Shown in pieces: positions 10,061 to 20,603 of a stretch of DNA of 64,000 bases. Position 1 is the stretch's first letter. Every line of letters starts with the position of its first letter. This DNA comes from Candidatus Micrarchaeota archaeon (GTDB taxonomy: Archaea; Micrarchaeota; Micrarchaeia; Anstonellales; Bilamarchaeaceae): positions 1,300-65,299 of the forward strand of contig JACRGD010000005.1 in the NCBI GenBank assembly GCA_016212525.1, read 5' to 3'. Both the position numbers and the translations under genes were made by a program. The notes below the pieces were generated by a model. The model worked only from the letters and a program-made list of their open reading frames with translations. It was not told the DNA's origin and made no database searches.

Positions 10061-10834
10061 TTATTTCTGTCCATTTTCCTGTTTGGTTTTGCTTCTTCCA
10101 TTTGGCAAGGTCTCTAATAGTTCGTCCGGGTGTACTTTGTATCTCTTTGCAAGATTTTTGGCTATCTCGCCCTTTTCCTTTCCGCTCTGGGCCGGAATGA
10201 GTATCATCTCATCTTCGAGTTTCTCTTTTGCGATCTGAGGTGCAATTACAATTCGCTCTGCCTTTTTGCCGACCTTTAGTGCGAGCGTCATATTCCTAAA
10301 CCATCTACGTTCACCTAGAATTGCGAAAGCACCAGACGGAACAAATCCGCCGCTTATGTTTTTTGTAAGCTGTTCCTTCTTTACACAATATACATCAACC
10401 GCAGCATTCCCATTCTTCCATCCATTGGAATAGCTAGCCGCCATCTGAGCACATTCTGAAAGCTCCTCTTCGCTGGCTTTCTTTCCGTCTTTAAGTACGA
10501 ATACTGCTCCTCCTTGTATGTCTGCATGGAAAAAAAGGTCTTCATCGGTCATCTGTTTCGAAACTATGAGGTCGTTCTGCTGTGCATTTCTTCCGCCGAT
10601 CATGAGTCTTCCCTGCTCATTTAGGTAGTAGTGGAATTTCTCGAACCATTGTTTCTCGCGCTTTATTCGAATGTTCTTTTTCTTTTCTGTTTTCTTTGCC
10701 TTTTCGATCTCTTTTTGGGTTTCTTTTATTGCCTCTTCTATCCCCTTTAATTTCTCCCTGCTGTCTTTTGCCTTATCATAATAATATGCAGCATTTTCGT
10801 GCACATTTTTTTCAAAGAAAATCTTGATCTTCAT
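10061..10834 (-). CDS. NFACT-R (DUF814) domain protein, short Rqc2/NEMF-like
   Basis: ENAAYYYDKAK coiled coil, WFEKF, IGGRNAQQND, FFHADIQG, GAFAILGER. Confidence 0.85.
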   Translation of the reverse strand: MKIKIFFEKNVHENAAYYYDKAKDSREKLKGIEEAIKETQKEIEKAKKTEKKKNIRIKREKQWFEKFHYYLNEQGRLMIGGRNAQQNDLIVSKQMTDEDLFFHADIQGGAVFVLKDGKKASEEELSECAQMAASYSNGWKNGNAAVDVYCVKKEQLTKNISGGFVPSGAFAILGERRWFRNMTLALKVGKKAERIVIAPQIAKEKLEDEMILIPAQSGKEKGEIAKNLAKRYKVHPDELLETLPNGRSKTKQENGQK

Positions 10835-10850
10835 GTATTGTCTCCTTGTC

Positions 10851-12296
10851 TTATCGCAGTGCTTCCATTATGAGTATGTCTGTGGGATTTAAATCGTCCG
10901 TTATTATTTTTCCCCGGTCCAGTTGAACGTGAGCTAACTCTGTTTTGTATTTGTTTTCGAATTCGCTTATGTTCCGATCTGTTGCTATGAGCATTATGTT
11001 CTGTCTTTTTTCATAATCTTTGTTTGTCGGAAACAACACTATCTTCCTGTAGTTATTGGCAAACGTTTTGTATATGCTTTGAAAGAGTTCGCTTCGATCT
11101 CCTTGTATGCTCCCGATCACATTCACTACTACTATAGCGTCTGTAGTTCCTTTCTCCTTTAGTTGTTTTAGAAATTCATCGCTTGTCAGATGAAACGGTA
11201 CGCTTTTGCCCCGATAAGTGTCGATTATGATAAAATCATATCTCTGATCTGTCTTTTCTATGTATCTGCGGGCATCTTCGATTACTATTTCTGTTCTTTC
11301 ATTCTCTGTCAGATTAAAAAATCGCTTTCCAACTTCTATTGTTTTTTCATCTATCTCGACTCCGGTAACTGTGGCATCTGGTTTTGCCTTAAATATTCCA
11401 TCAATAATTGTTCCCGCAGCAACTCCTAACATGAGCACTTTTGGCGTTTTTCCCATTAGTTCATATGTTTTTTGGGTTTGTTTTTCATACTCAAAAATTG
11501 CTTTTCCACCTACTCCGTGTCCGCTACTGATCGCATTGTCCAGAAGTAATATTCTGCTCGATTCATTGAAGAAATCTCCATCAAGGACCCGAATGTGGTA
11601 ATATGGGCTTTCTCCCTCGTAAACGGTCGTTCCTTTGTATATCTCGATTGGTGCGGTTGCAACTGAAAGTGTCATTAAAAAAATCAGTACGATTGTATAT
11701 TTGGGACTGTTCATTTTTATTGCCTTTAGGTAAATCCCAAGTAATGCCATTATGATCCCTGTTCCGATGAAGATCCATTTGACTGGAAGATTCGGGACTA
11801 AGATAAAACCCGTTCCAAGAGTTCCAAGGATGCTTCCAAGCGTCGAAACTGCAAATACTCTCCCTGAATTTTCACCTTCCTTGCCTGCTTTTGATGTAAG
11901 CTTGATTATGTAAGGCGATACAATTCCGTATGTTGCTGCTGCAGGGAAGAATATGAGACTGGTCAATATGCTGGCCGTTGTTATGTCCAATATTGCTGCC
12001 AGCGGGCCTACAAACGTTCCCAAAAGATATGCCAAAAAAGTCGTAATCGAACAAATTATGAAAATTTTTCCAAGTCCTTCTTTAGTGGGATTTTTATCTG
12101 CCATCTTGCCGCCATAGTAATACCCTAGACTAAGTGCACCCAGTACGCTTGCAATTACTGCCGCCCAGCTAAATATTGTGTTTCCTATATACGGGGCCGT
12201 GAGCCTGGGTCCTCCAATTTCAATTACCATAAGGCAAAATCCGGATATGAATGATGCTATTAGTATCTCTTTTTCCTGTTCCATACTATCGTTCAT
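10851..12296 (-). CDS. Fused membrane domain / spermidine-synthase-like SAM-binding protein
   Basis: N-terminal TM helices (R..APY.G; STLGSILGT); C-terminal VEID, EDARRY, YDFIIID, PFHL. Confidence 0.85.
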   Translation of the reverse strand: MNDSMEQEKEILIASFISGFCLMVIEIGGPRLTAPYIGNTIFSWAAVIASVLGALSLGYYYGGKMADKNPTKEGLGKIFIICSITTFLAYLLGTFVGPLAAILDITTASILTSLIFFPAAATYGIVSPYIIKLTSKAGKEGENSGRVFAVSTLGSILGTLGTGFILVPNLPVKWIFIGTGIIMALLGIYLKAIKMNSPKYTIVLIFLMTLSVATAPIEIYKGTTVYEGESPYYHIRVLDGDFFNESSRILLLDNAISSGHGVGGKAIFEYEKQTQKTYELMGKTPKVLMLGVAAGTIIDGIFKAKPDATVTGVEIDEKTIEVGKRFFNLTENERTEIVIEDARRYIEKTDQRYDFIIIDTYRGKSVPFHLTSDEFLKQLKEKGTTDAIVVVNVIGSIQGDRSELFQSIYKTFANNYRKIVLFPTNKDYEKRQNIMLIATDRNISEFENKYKTELAHVQLDRGKIITDDLNPTDILIMEALR

Positions 12297-12336
12297 ATTT
12301 GATTAGGCCTTTATACTTTTGTTTTCTAATCTCCTC

Positions 12337-13608
12337 ATGTCCTCCCTTTTAATCAAAGATACGACTGTTCTTCTTCCTACTGGCTCCGTTTCCGGGCACC
12401 TCTATGTTGATGAGGATAAAATTTCCGACATCGGTTCATTTTCTCTCTCTGGCAAAAAATCCGATTTGGTTATCGATGGTTCTGGCAAGCTCCTGATGCC
12501 TGGCTTTGCCAATATGCACACGCACGTTTCGCTCCAAATATTTCGGGGCTACGGCGAGGGTCTTCCTCTTGAACGGTGGCTAAAAGAGAAGATTTGGCCT
12601 GCGGAAGAAAAACAAACCCCTGCCCAGGTTCGTGCTGCCGCAAATCTGGCATTTTGCGAAATGATCAAAAGTGGGACTACTTGCTTTGCAGATATGTGCA
12701 TCTTCGATCCTCTTCCTGTATTTGACAGTGCGTCCAAATTCGGTATTCGGGGCTCGGTTTCTCGGGGTATACTTAACTCAAATGATGATTCAAAGAATTC
12801 CGATCTTCTCGATGCTGTTCAGAACCTATGTGAATACGGGACAGACCTTGTTTCCCCGTCTATCTCAGCCCATGCTCCATATACCTGTTCAAAGGAGCTT
12901 CTGATTCAAACAAAAAAACTGGCAAAGAAAAAAGGTCTTAAATACCAAATTCATGTTAGTGAGACTCGTAAAGAGGTTTTCGAAATCCTGGATCGAACTG
13001 GAAAATACCCAATTGAGTATCTTGATTCAATCGGTCTTCTGGATTCAGATTCGATTTTCGCACATTGCGGCTGGCTAACCAAACGTGAAATTTCTCTTCT
13101 TGGTAAAAACAAAGTGAATATTGTCAGTTGCCCCGTTAGCAATCTGAAATTGGCTACTGGAGGAATTTGTCAGTTGCACGAACTCGATGCTGCAGGTGCA
13201 AATGTCTCTCTAGGTACTGACAGTGTAGCAAGCAACAATTCGCTCAATATGTTCGAGACGTTAAAATTTGCCGCGCTTCTCCAAAAACACCACTACTGGA
13301 AAGCCGATGTCCTAAGTGCCAAACGTGCGTTCGAGTTTGCTACTGTTAATGGTTATCATGCCCTTGGCTTAAATGGCGGAATCATCAAGAAAGGTGCGCT
13401 TGCAGATATGGTTCTTTTGGATAAGTCCGCAAACCTTAGGCCAGTGAATGATATTTACTCAAACCTGGTCTACTCGGCTTCGCCTGCCAACATTTCCCAT
13501 GTGATCATCGGTGGCAAGCTTATTTTGAAAGACGGGAAATTCACTACTGTTGATGAGGAACAAATCTTTCGCGAGGCGGATAACGCTGCGGCTGATTTGT
13601 TTGGCTAG
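12337..13608 (+). CDS. Amidohydrolase, MTA/SAH deaminase (MtaD-like)
   Basis: PGFANMHTH, HAPYTCS, HVSET, AHC, SNLKLATG, LGTD. Confidence 0.85.
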   Translation: MSSLLIKDTTVLLPTGSVSGHLYVDEDKISDIGSFSLSGKKSDLVIDGSGKLLMPGFANMHTHVSLQIFRGYGEGLPLERWLKEKIWPAEEKQTPAQVRAAANLAFCEMIKSGTTCFADMCIFDPLPVFDSASKFGIRGSVSRGILNSNDDSKNSDLLDAVQNLCEYGTDLVSPSISAHAPYTCSKELLIQTKKLAKKKGLKYQIHVSETRKEVFEILDRTGKYPIEYLDSIGLLDSDSIFAHCGWLTKREISLLGKNKVNIVSCPVSNLKLATGGICQLHELDAAGANVSLGTDSVASNNSLNMFETLKFAALLQKHHYWKADVLSAKRAFEFATVNGYHALGLNGGIIKKGALADMVLLDKSANLRPVNDIYSNLVYSASPANISHVIIGGKLILKDGKFTTVDEEQIFREADNAAADLFG

Positions 13609-13620
13609 ATTAATCTCTAA

Positions 13621-14223
13621 TCAGTTCGTCCTTATTTTTTTCAAAAGTCTTAAGTAAATATATCCAAAAATCAGGCCTCCAAAATGTGCCGAATGCAGTG
13701 CATTTGCTTGAAGTGAGAAAATTCCCAGAACGGCGATTAGTTCGTAGATTAAAAACAATATTGCTGCAGTCTGAACTTTCATTTTTATGAGAAATATCTT
13801 GATATTCAAATTTGGTACTCTGGCAGCGGCTGCCCCCAATAGTGCAGAGACTGCACCGCTGGATCCAAATATTATACTAGTCTCATTTTCCAGTCCAAGT
13901 CCCACAGAAACAAAGTAGGCAATCATTGCCACCATTCCTCCGACAAAAAATATTATCAATAGTTGTTTTTTCCCAAAATTTGTCTCTATTAGATTTCCGA
14001 AAATATAAAGTGCATAGGTATTCAAGAACAGATGAAGCAGATTCAAATGAAGGAAATTGTATGTTAAGATGCGATGCGGCTCGAAAACAATGCGATCTGG
14101 AGAAAAGTAAAATGCCTCAGTATACTCAGGTAAAATGAGTTGTATTACGAATGAAAAAGTTATTGCGAGTGTCAAAATATTTGTTACTGTAAATACTTGC
14201 CCAATCTTCATAATTTTGTTCAT
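13621..14223 (-). CDS. Rhomboid intramembrane serine protease
   Basis: FLH...HL..N, GSSG (Ser), AHFGG (His). Confidence 0.9.
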   Translation of the reverse strand: MNKIMKIGQVFTVTNILTLAITFSFVIQLILPEYTEAFYFSPDRIVFEPHRILTYNFLHLNLLHLFLNTYALYIFGNLIETNFGKKQLLIIFFVGGMVAMIAYFVSVGLGLENETSIIFGSSGAVSALLGAAAARVPNLNIKIFLIKMKVQTAAILFLIYELIAVLGIFSLQANALHSAHFGGLIFGYIYLRLLKKIRTN

Positions 14224-14330
14224 TTGCCAAAGTTTTAAACTACTGCCAAGTCATGTGAATCTGATCTTCTGCCACTGGTCAGACGGCCTCCAATTTCTAT
14301 TCTGGTTTTAAATAATAATCGATCCAAATC

Positions 14331-14340
14331 TGATATATCA
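14331..14340. promoter_or_regulatory. Perfect palindrome TGATATATCA, putative PadR operator
   Basis: Lies between TATA-like TTTTAAATA and the padR start. Confidence 0.4.
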
Positions 14341-14360
14341 AGATTCGATATGTGTATTCT

Positions 14361-14720
14361 ATGACTAAGTCCTCTTCGTGTATGCCTGGAAAAAGGCTAA
14401 ACATTGCCTTTAGCTTTGGCAAAGTCATCTACGCGTCATTTCTTCTTTGGCTCATTTCAAAAAAACCGATTCACGGATACGAGTTAATCAAACTCCTAAA
14501 AACTGAATCAGGATTTTCAAATCTTGGCCCAGGTCATGTCTATCCCTTACTACGCGAGCTAAAGACTCGGGGTTATCTAAGAAGTTCATCTCAAAAAGGA
14601 GGCCGGAAGAAACTTAGTTATTCGATAACCTCTAGTGGTAAAAAGCAACTTGCATTTCTGCGTTCTATTGTATACCAAAAGGGATTGCGATCCGAATATT
14701 TCAAGGAGATGATTTCATGA
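14361..14720 (+). CDS. PadR-family transcriptional regulator
   Basis: HGYELIK, GHVYPLL..L, YSIT..G winged helix; start uncertain. Confidence 0.9.
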   Translation: MTKSSSCMPGKRLNIAFSFGKVIYASFLLWLISKKPIHGYELIKLLKTESGFSNLGPGHVYPLLRELKTRGYLRSSSQKGGRKKLSYSITSSGKKQLAFLRSIVYQKGLRSEYFKEMIS

Positions 14721-15400
14721 AGGAGAAAAAACCTGTTTTATCTCTTAAAAATCTTACAAAATCCTACAAAATGGGATCATCCACTCTCACTGCCCTTGAT
14801 AACGTTTCGCTCGATATTTATGAGGGCGAACTTGTTTGCATTCTGGGCCCCTCTGGTTCTGGAAAAAGTACTCTTCTTCACATCATGGGCCTTCTGGATT
14901 CTCCAACTTCTGGTTTGCGGTTCATATCCGGCATTGACACGTCCTCTATGTCTGATAATGATCAGGCGACTGTTCGCGGTAGCAAGATCGGTTTCGTCTT
15001 CCAGCGTTTTAATCTGATTCCAAGCCTTACTGCGCTTGAAAATGTTGCTTTGCCTCTTGTTATTACTGCTTCAAAATCCGACCGTACGGCCCGGGCTCAG
15101 CAGATGCTCTCTTCTCTTGGAATGGGCGAACGGCTTTCTCACTATCCAAACCAACTCTCAGGAGGTCAGATGCAGCGTGTTGCAATCGCCCGTGCTCTGT
15201 GCAATAATCCCGATATCATTCTTGCGGATGAGCCAACTGGCAATCTGGACTCAAAAACGGGTTATGAAGTCCTTGAAATTCTCAAGTCTCTTAATGCATC
15301 AGGCAAGACTATTGTTGTGATTACGCACGATGAGGCAATAACCAAAATCGCCCAGCGTGTAGTTAGGATAAAAGATGGAAAAATGTATGAATCTAGGTGA
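14717..15400 (+). CDS. ABC exporter ATP-binding subunit (LolD/MacB type)
   Basis: [23 protein letters not shown]. Confidence 0.95.
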   Translation: MKEKKPVLSLKNLTKSYKMGSSTLTALDNVSLDIYEGELVCILGPSGSGKSTLLHIMGLLDSPTSGLRFISGIDTSSMSDNDQATVRGSKIGFVFQRFNLIPSLTALENVALPLVITASKSDRTARAQQMLSSLGMGERLSHYPNQLSGGQMQRVAIARALCNNPDIILADEPTGNLDSKTGYEVLEILKSLNASGKTIVVITHDEAITKIAQRVVRIKDGKMYESR

Positions 15401-15404
15401 ATAT

Positions 15405-16886
15405 ATGTTTAATATGAAACTGAATCTGAAGTTTTTGCTTCTGCTGGCTGTGCTATTGCCCTCTTTGTTGTTTGCAGGTATTTCTGTAAATAATTACACT
15501 ATTTCAAAATCCTCTTACCAGCCAGGCGAACCTGGTGTTGTCTCTGTGGGAATTACAAATCCTACTGGTTCTGGAAGGGTTGAAGCTCTTACGCTCTCGA
15601 CCAATTCTCCTTCTGCCCTGGGGATAACAAGTTCACCAAGTCTTGCAGATATCTCGCTTGGCGGATCTACTATTGTTACTGTACCGTTTGTAGTTCGAAG
15701 TGATGCGCGTGCAGGAATATATCTGCTGGATCTTTCCTTTTCGGGAATTTCATTCGATTCCTCAAATGCTCGTACGAGCGCTACCAATACTGTTTCAATT
15801 CCAATAATCGTTGTACGGGACCCCGTGCTCAGCTTTGCTTTAAACGACACTAATCTTGGTGATATTTCAGGTGTCAGACTTACTATCTCTAATGTAGGAG
15901 GTGTTGCAAAAGAACTTAAGATTTCTTCCTCTGGAGATGTATCTCTGGCCAACACAAATCAGGTCTTTGTTCCTTTGGTAACTAACTCTTCAGATATAGA
16001 TCTCAAACTCGATTCACGAAAGGCATCTGCGGGTTCAAACGATTTGGTTTTTCTGGTTTCTTACAAGGATGAATTAGGAGATCAAAAATATGCCAACTAT
16101 TCATTGCGTGTAAATGTCCGCAAGAAAACTCTTGATCTGTCTTTTTCCCAAAAATCCGATGTAGTAACTGGACAAACTGGGAATTTAGTTTTGACAATAA
16201 AGAACAATGGAAATTCGGTTCTCAAGAACGTGCGTCTTTCGTTTAATGATCCATCAGTCCAGCTTAAGGATCGCAGCGAAATAAACTTTGGCGATATAGT
16301 TCCCTCCGCTTCGGCAGATTCTTCAGTTGCGATGCAGGTGAATCTCGCACCTGGTCTTAATCCGGTCAATTCTACCTTGCGGTGGTCTGAAGAAGACACC
16401 GAAAAAGAATCCGATATTTCCTTCCCGCTGACGGTTACTTCTGATGCTGATGTAGGTATTTATTTGGAAGCAAAACCCTCTCCGCTTTTAGTTGGTACAG
16501 ACCATACGATATCTGTTTTGGTTTCTAATTTGGGCTCCTATGCCATCAACAATGTAGATGTAGGTCTCTCTTCAGTAGACCTCAAGTCTCTGGATGTTTC
16601 CGGATCTCAATTTATTGGCAGTTTGAACAAGGATGACTTTAGTACGGTTCAGTTCAAGATGCGTGTTCCAGATAAGGAAGGCCAGTATAATTTGGACATA
16701 AACATCCGATACAAGGATCTTTCGGGCGAATGGAAAACCAAGAACTTTGTTCGTCCGATCAATGTCTACTCGGCCCCTGCCTCTGGTCCCGGGCCTCTTG
16801 TCTATGTGATCGTTTTACTGGTGATCGGGGCTTTGGTCTGGTATTTCAAATTCCGCAAGAAGTCCGAAGCAAAATCCAAGGCATAA
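15405..16886 (+). CDS. COG1361/S-layer-like Ig-fold extracellular protein with C-terminal anchor
   Basis: Signal peptide, repeated beta-rich modules, C-terminal TM plus basic tail; usual partner of archaeal MacB-type systems. Confidence 0.75.
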   Translation: MFNMKLNLKFLLLLAVLLPSLLFAGISVNNYTISKSSYQPGEPGVVSVGITNPTGSGRVEALTLSTNSPSALGITSSPSLADISLGGSTIVTVPFVVRSDARAGIYLLDLSFSGISFDSSNARTSATNTVSIPIIVVRDPVLSFALNDTNLGDISGVRLTISNVGGVAKELKISSSGDVSLANTNQVFVPLVTNSSDIDLKLDSRKASAGSNDLVFLVSYKDELGDQKYANYSLRVNVRKKTLDLSFSQKSDVVTGQTGNLVLTIKNNGNSVLKNVRLSFNDPSVQLKDRSEINFGDIVPSASADSSVAMQVNLAPGLNPVNSTLRWSEEDTEKESDISFPLTVTSDADVGIYLEAKPSPLLVGTDHTISVLVSNLGSYAINNVDVGLSSVDLKSLDVSGSQFIGSLNKDDFSTVQFKMRVPDKEGQYNLDINIRYKDLSGEWKTKNFVRPINVYSAPASGPGPLVYVIVLLVIGALVWYFKFRKKSEAKSKA

Positions 16887-16901
16887 TTTCGAAGGTAGTC
16901 T

Positions 16902-18110
16902 ATGAATATTTTGGAAATGTTTGGGTATTCGATAAATTCGCTTACCCATCGTAGCCTTAGGTCCTGGCTGACCATACTGGGAATCGTAGTAGGCATAACT
17001 GCTATTGTTCTTTTGGTGGGGTTGGTTCAGGGTTTAAAGGATAATTTTACAAGTCAACTTTCTGGTTTTGGTTCAAATGCTGTAATTGTAATTCCTACCA
17101 ACATAGAGCAAAGTGGCGGTGGGCCCAGTTCTTTTATGCCCAGTTCTGGAAAACTCTTTAAAAAAGATGTTGAGAGACTTAAGAAAATTCCCGAGTTGGA
17201 ATTTGTAACTCCGGTTATAATGGGTCGAACGTCCGTGGAATTCAAATCCAAGGCCATAACCGCGTCTGTTCTTGGTGTCGATCCTGATATCTATCGAAGC
17301 ACTGTTGGTACTTTGGAACTCGAGCGCGGTAGATTTCTTTCCTCTGCTGATGTCCATTCGGCAGTCATTGGACATTCCCTTGCCACTGATTCCTTTGATG
17401 ATCCTATCGAGATCTCTTCAAATCTGAACATTGATGGCACGATCTATCGGGTCGTCGGTATTCTTAAACAAACTGGCAATAGTTTTTCAAATATCGACAC
17501 TTCGATTCTCGTACCATTTAAGGAAGCGGAAAATCAATTTTCCTCTGATCTTGTTGAAAATGAAGTTAGTTCGATCCGGGGTTCTTTTGTTACTGGCGCT
17601 TCTCCCTCTGATGTAACCTCCAGAATTGAATCCGAGCTCATCTCATCCCATCGGGTTACTAAGGATAAGAAAGACTTTAGCGTGATTTCCGCGGATTTCA
17701 TTAACCGCCAGCTCGACACCGTTACTGGTCTTTTAACCTTGTTTTTAGGAGGTATAGCTGGTATTGCCCTGCTCGTTGGAGGCATTGGAATTGCCAACAC
17801 AATGTTCATGAGCGTTACTGAGCGACAGCGCGAAATCGGTATTTTGAAGTCCCTTGGTGCGAAACAAGGCGAAATACTAAAACTCTTTTTGGTAGAAAGC
17901 AGCTTGATTGGCATTGCTGGCGGAGTTCTGGGAATTCTTCTGGCGTTTGCCATTGGTGCAATAATTTCCTATTTTGCCAAAATAAACGTTGCCATTTCTA
18001 TCGATGTTGCTCTTTTTGCATCTCTATTTTCTGGTTTGGTTGGGGTAATTTCCGGTCTGGTTCCTGCAAAAAATGCGGCTAAGCTGGATCCGATCGAGGC
18101 ACTGAGGTAA
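16902..18110 (+). CDS. ABC permease, MacB/FtsX family
   Basis: LRSWLTILGIVVG, GGIGIANTMFMSV.ER.REIG, LDPIEALR. Confidence 0.95.
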   Translation: MNILEMFGYSINSLTHRSLRSWLTILGIVVGITAIVLLVGLVQGLKDNFTSQLSGFGSNAVIVIPTNIEQSGGGPSSFMPSSGKLFKKDVERLKKIPELEFVTPVIMGRTSVEFKSKAITASVLGVDPDIYRSTVGTLELERGRFLSSADVHSAVIGHSLATDSFDDPIEISSNLNIDGTIYRVVGILKQTGNSFSNIDTSILVPFKEAENQFSSDLVENEVSSIRGSFVTGASPSDVTSRIESELISSHRVTKDKKDFSVISADFINRQLDTVTGLLTLFLGGIAGIALLVGGIGIANTMFMSVTERQREIGILKSLGAKQGEILKLFLVESSLIGIAGGVLGILLAFAIGAIISYFAKINVAISIDVALFASLFSGLVGVISGLVPAKNAAKLDPIEALR

Positions 18111-18115
18111 TCTTT

Positions 18116-19336
18116 ATGGAATTTACTGATATTCTGGATTACTCGATTAAAAATCTCAAAACCACCAAGCTGCGAACGTATCTTACCGTCATCGGTATTA
18201 TTATCGGTGTAGTTACTATGCTAACTATTTCTTCGATTAGCGAGGGCGTACAGGCCGATATCAACAAACAGCTTTCTTCTTTCGGTCCTGATAAGATGTT
18301 CATTATTCCTACTGCCGTTACTGGAGCCAGTGCATTTTCAAGTCCCAATCAGGCCGCGACAAGTGGAAAATTATTCCTTCGTGATGCAGATATTCTCGAA
18401 AATATCGCAGGTGTAAAATCGCTTGCCAGAACCGCCTATGGTCGTACTACTTTTGGCTTTAAGTCAAAATCAATCACTGCAACTGTATACGGGATCGAGC
18501 CAGTTTATTTTGATCAGTGGGACAATTATCTCGAACTTTCTACCGGTCGCCTCTATACCGAATCCGATCGAAAAGTGGCCGTTCTTGGCTATCGGGCAGC
18601 TAACAATCTTTTTGGACAGAATAAAGTCAATGTTGGAAGCATTGTACGGATCGGTAAAAATGATTATCGGGTTGTTGGAATTCTCAAAGAAATCGGCTCT
18701 TCATTTTCCGGGGCTGATGATTCTTCAATCTATATCCCTTTTGATGATGGCAAAGAAGAATTTAGTTCCCAGCTGGCCAAAAACGAGATTAATTTCATAT
18801 CGATTTCTGTTCTGGATGGATATCCGGCTAAAGACGTTCAGCAGGCGATCGAGGATCGATTGATTTCTCTACACAAAGTTACTTCTGACACCAAGGATTT
18901 TTCAGTTATAACTTCTGATTTTGTTAATCAAACAATCGGTGGATTAATTTCCGGTTTGGCAATTTTCCTTCTTTTTATTACAATGATCGCGACTTTGGTT
19001 GGTGGCATCGGTATCATGAATACTATGTTCATGGCTGTTTTGGAGCGAACCAACGAAATCGGAGTTCTTAAGGCCATTGGAGCTTCCCAGAAGGATATCC
19101 GAATGATTTTTGTTGTTGAATCTACTGCCCTTGGCATTATTGGAGGAATTATCGGACTTATTTTGGGCTCTTTAATTACTGTCTTTATCGGGAGTTTGGG
19201 TGTTCCGTATCTGATTAGTATCCAAACTGTTTTCCTTTCCTTTCTCTTTGCACTTCTAGTTGGTCTTTTTGCGGGTCTTCTTCCTGCAGGCCGGGCTGCC
19301 AAGTTAGATCCAGTGGAAGCACTTAGAGAAGAATAA
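18116..19336 (+). CDS. ABC permease, MacB/FtsX family (paralog)
   Basis: LRTYLTVIGIIIG, GGIGIMNTMF, LDPVEALR. Confidence 0.95.
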   Translation: MEFTDILDYSIKNLKTTKLRTYLTVIGIIIGVVTMLTISSISEGVQADINKQLSSFGPDKMFIIPTAVTGASAFSSPNQAATSGKLFLRDADILENIAGVKSLARTAYGRTTFGFKSKSITATVYGIEPVYFDQWDNYLELSTGRLYTESDRKVAVLGYRAANNLFGQNKVNVGSIVRIGKNDYRVVGILKEIGSSFSGADDSSIYIPFDDGKEEFSSQLAKNEINFISISVLDGYPAKDVQQAIEDRLISLHKVTSDTKDFSVITSDFVNQTIGGLISGLAIFLLFITMIATLVGGIGIMNTMFMAVLERTNEIGVLKAIGASQKDIRMIFVVESTALGIIGGIIGLILGSLITVFIGSLGVPYLISIQTVFLSFLFALLVGLFAGLLPAGRAAKLDPVEALREE

Positions 19337-19359
19337 TTAAACTATCTGTATTATTAAAT

Positions 19360-19384
19360 ATAACTCACTATATAATTTAGTTAT
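19360..19384. promoter_or_regulatory. Inverted repeat ATAACT-N13-AGTTAT, putative AbrB/VapB operator
   Basis: Just upstream of the antitoxin start. Confidence 0.35.
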
Positions 19385-19395
19385 GGTGTTGTCAT

Positions 19396-19593
19396 ATGAA
19401 GATTTTATCTAAAGCGCGTTCTGTCGGAGGATCTTTAGTTGTTACTATTCCCAAAGAAATTGTCGAGACTCAGGAATTGCATGAAGGAGATCTGGTGGAG
19501 CTGGAAGTTCAAAAATCTCGAAAAAGCTTTTTTGGTATTGCACGAGGTATTGCTTCTTTCACTTCGGATGATGAGTTGGTTGCTCATGAGTAG
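19396..19593 (+). CDS. AbrB/MazE/SpoVT-family antitoxin
   Basis: VGGSLVVTIPKEIV...L.EGD.V. Confidence 0.85.
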   Translation: MKILSKARSVGGSLVVTIPKEIVETQELHEGDLVELEVQKSRKSFFGIARGIASFTSDDELVAHE

Positions 19594-19972
19594 ATACACT
19601 ATAGATGCATATGCTTGGATTGAATACTTTGCTGGTACTGAGAAAGGAAAAACCGTTGCAACTATTGTTGAAGATCCATCGAACATTTTGTTTACTAATG
19701 CTGTCACTTCTGCTGAAATTATAAGTAAATTTATCCGACTGAATAAAGATCCATCCACCGCTGCAAAGGCGATCCGTATTCTCTCTAAAATTGATGATGC
19801 TGATTTTGACTGTTCTTCGTTAGCAGGTACTCTGCACGCCCAGATGAAATCAAAGATTTCTGATTTTGGCCTTGCTGACGCATTTGTTTTAGCTACTTCA
19901 AAAAGGCACCAGACCAAAATCCTAACTGGAGATCCCCATTTTAAGTCTCTTTCAAATGTGATCTTAATATGA
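19586..19972 (+). CDS. vapC: PIN-domain VapC-type toxin
   Basis: IDAYAWIEYF, AE, GLADAFVLA, LTGDPHF; overlaps the antitoxin stop. Confidence 0.9.
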   Translation: MSRYTIDAYAWIEYFAGTEKGKTVATIVEDPSNILFTNAVTSAEIISKFIRLNKDPSTAAKAIRILSKIDDADFDCSSLAGTLHAQMKSKISDFGLADAFVLATSKRHQTKILTGDPHFKSLSNVILI

Positions 19973-20601
19973 ATCGCGCCTATTGGGAATCGATTTATGA
20001 AAAACCGCTTTCTGACATTCCATGGGAGATTGAGAAGCCACCTCCTGAACTAATGTTTGTTTTGGAAAAGGGCTGGATAAAAAAAGACGGGCGGGTTTTG
20101 GATGTTGCCTGTGGAACTGGCAACTATTCGTTTTTTCTTGCTAAGCATGGTTTCGAGGTAGAAGGAATAGATCTCTCTCAAAATGCAATATCGATTTCAA
20201 AGTCTCGGATTAGTCAATTTAGTTCATCTAATCCATCGTGTCTTCCACCAATATTTAGCTCCATGGATGTTTTTGATATTCCTTCTCGATTTGAGGGAAA
20301 ATTCGATTTAATTTTTGACTACTCCCTTCTTCATCACATTCAGCATGAACAAACGTCTAAGTATCTTTCAGTAATGACCAATCAACTAAACCAAAAAGGC
20401 AAGTATGTGCTTGTTTGCTACTCTGATCTGGATTCTGAGGGCCAGTCCAGTGTTGTTGGAAAATTTGGAAATGATATTTACTACCGATCGGCAGATGAAA
20501 TTCGAGCTTCTGTTATTGGGTTGAAAGAACTTCACTATTCCAAAACAACGCTTGGAAAGCGAAATCACCACAAAGCACATTTTTTCGTTTTTGAAAAATA
20601 A
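19969..20601 (+). CDS. Class I SAM-dependent methyltransferase
   Basis: YW..IY...PW, VLDVACGTG, GIDLS, FDLIFD..LLHH. Confidence 0.9.
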   Translation: MNRAYWESIYEKPLSDIPWEIEKPPPELMFVLEKGWIKKDGRVLDVACGTGNYSFFLAKHGFEVEGIDLSQNAISISKSRISQFSSSNPSCLPPIFSSMDVFDIPSRFEGKFDLIFDYSLLHHIQHEQTSKYLSVMTNQLNQKGKYVLVCYSDLDSEGQSSVVGKFGNDIYYRSADEIRASVIGLKELHYSKTTLGKRNHHKAHFFVFEK

Positions 20602-20603
20602 TC

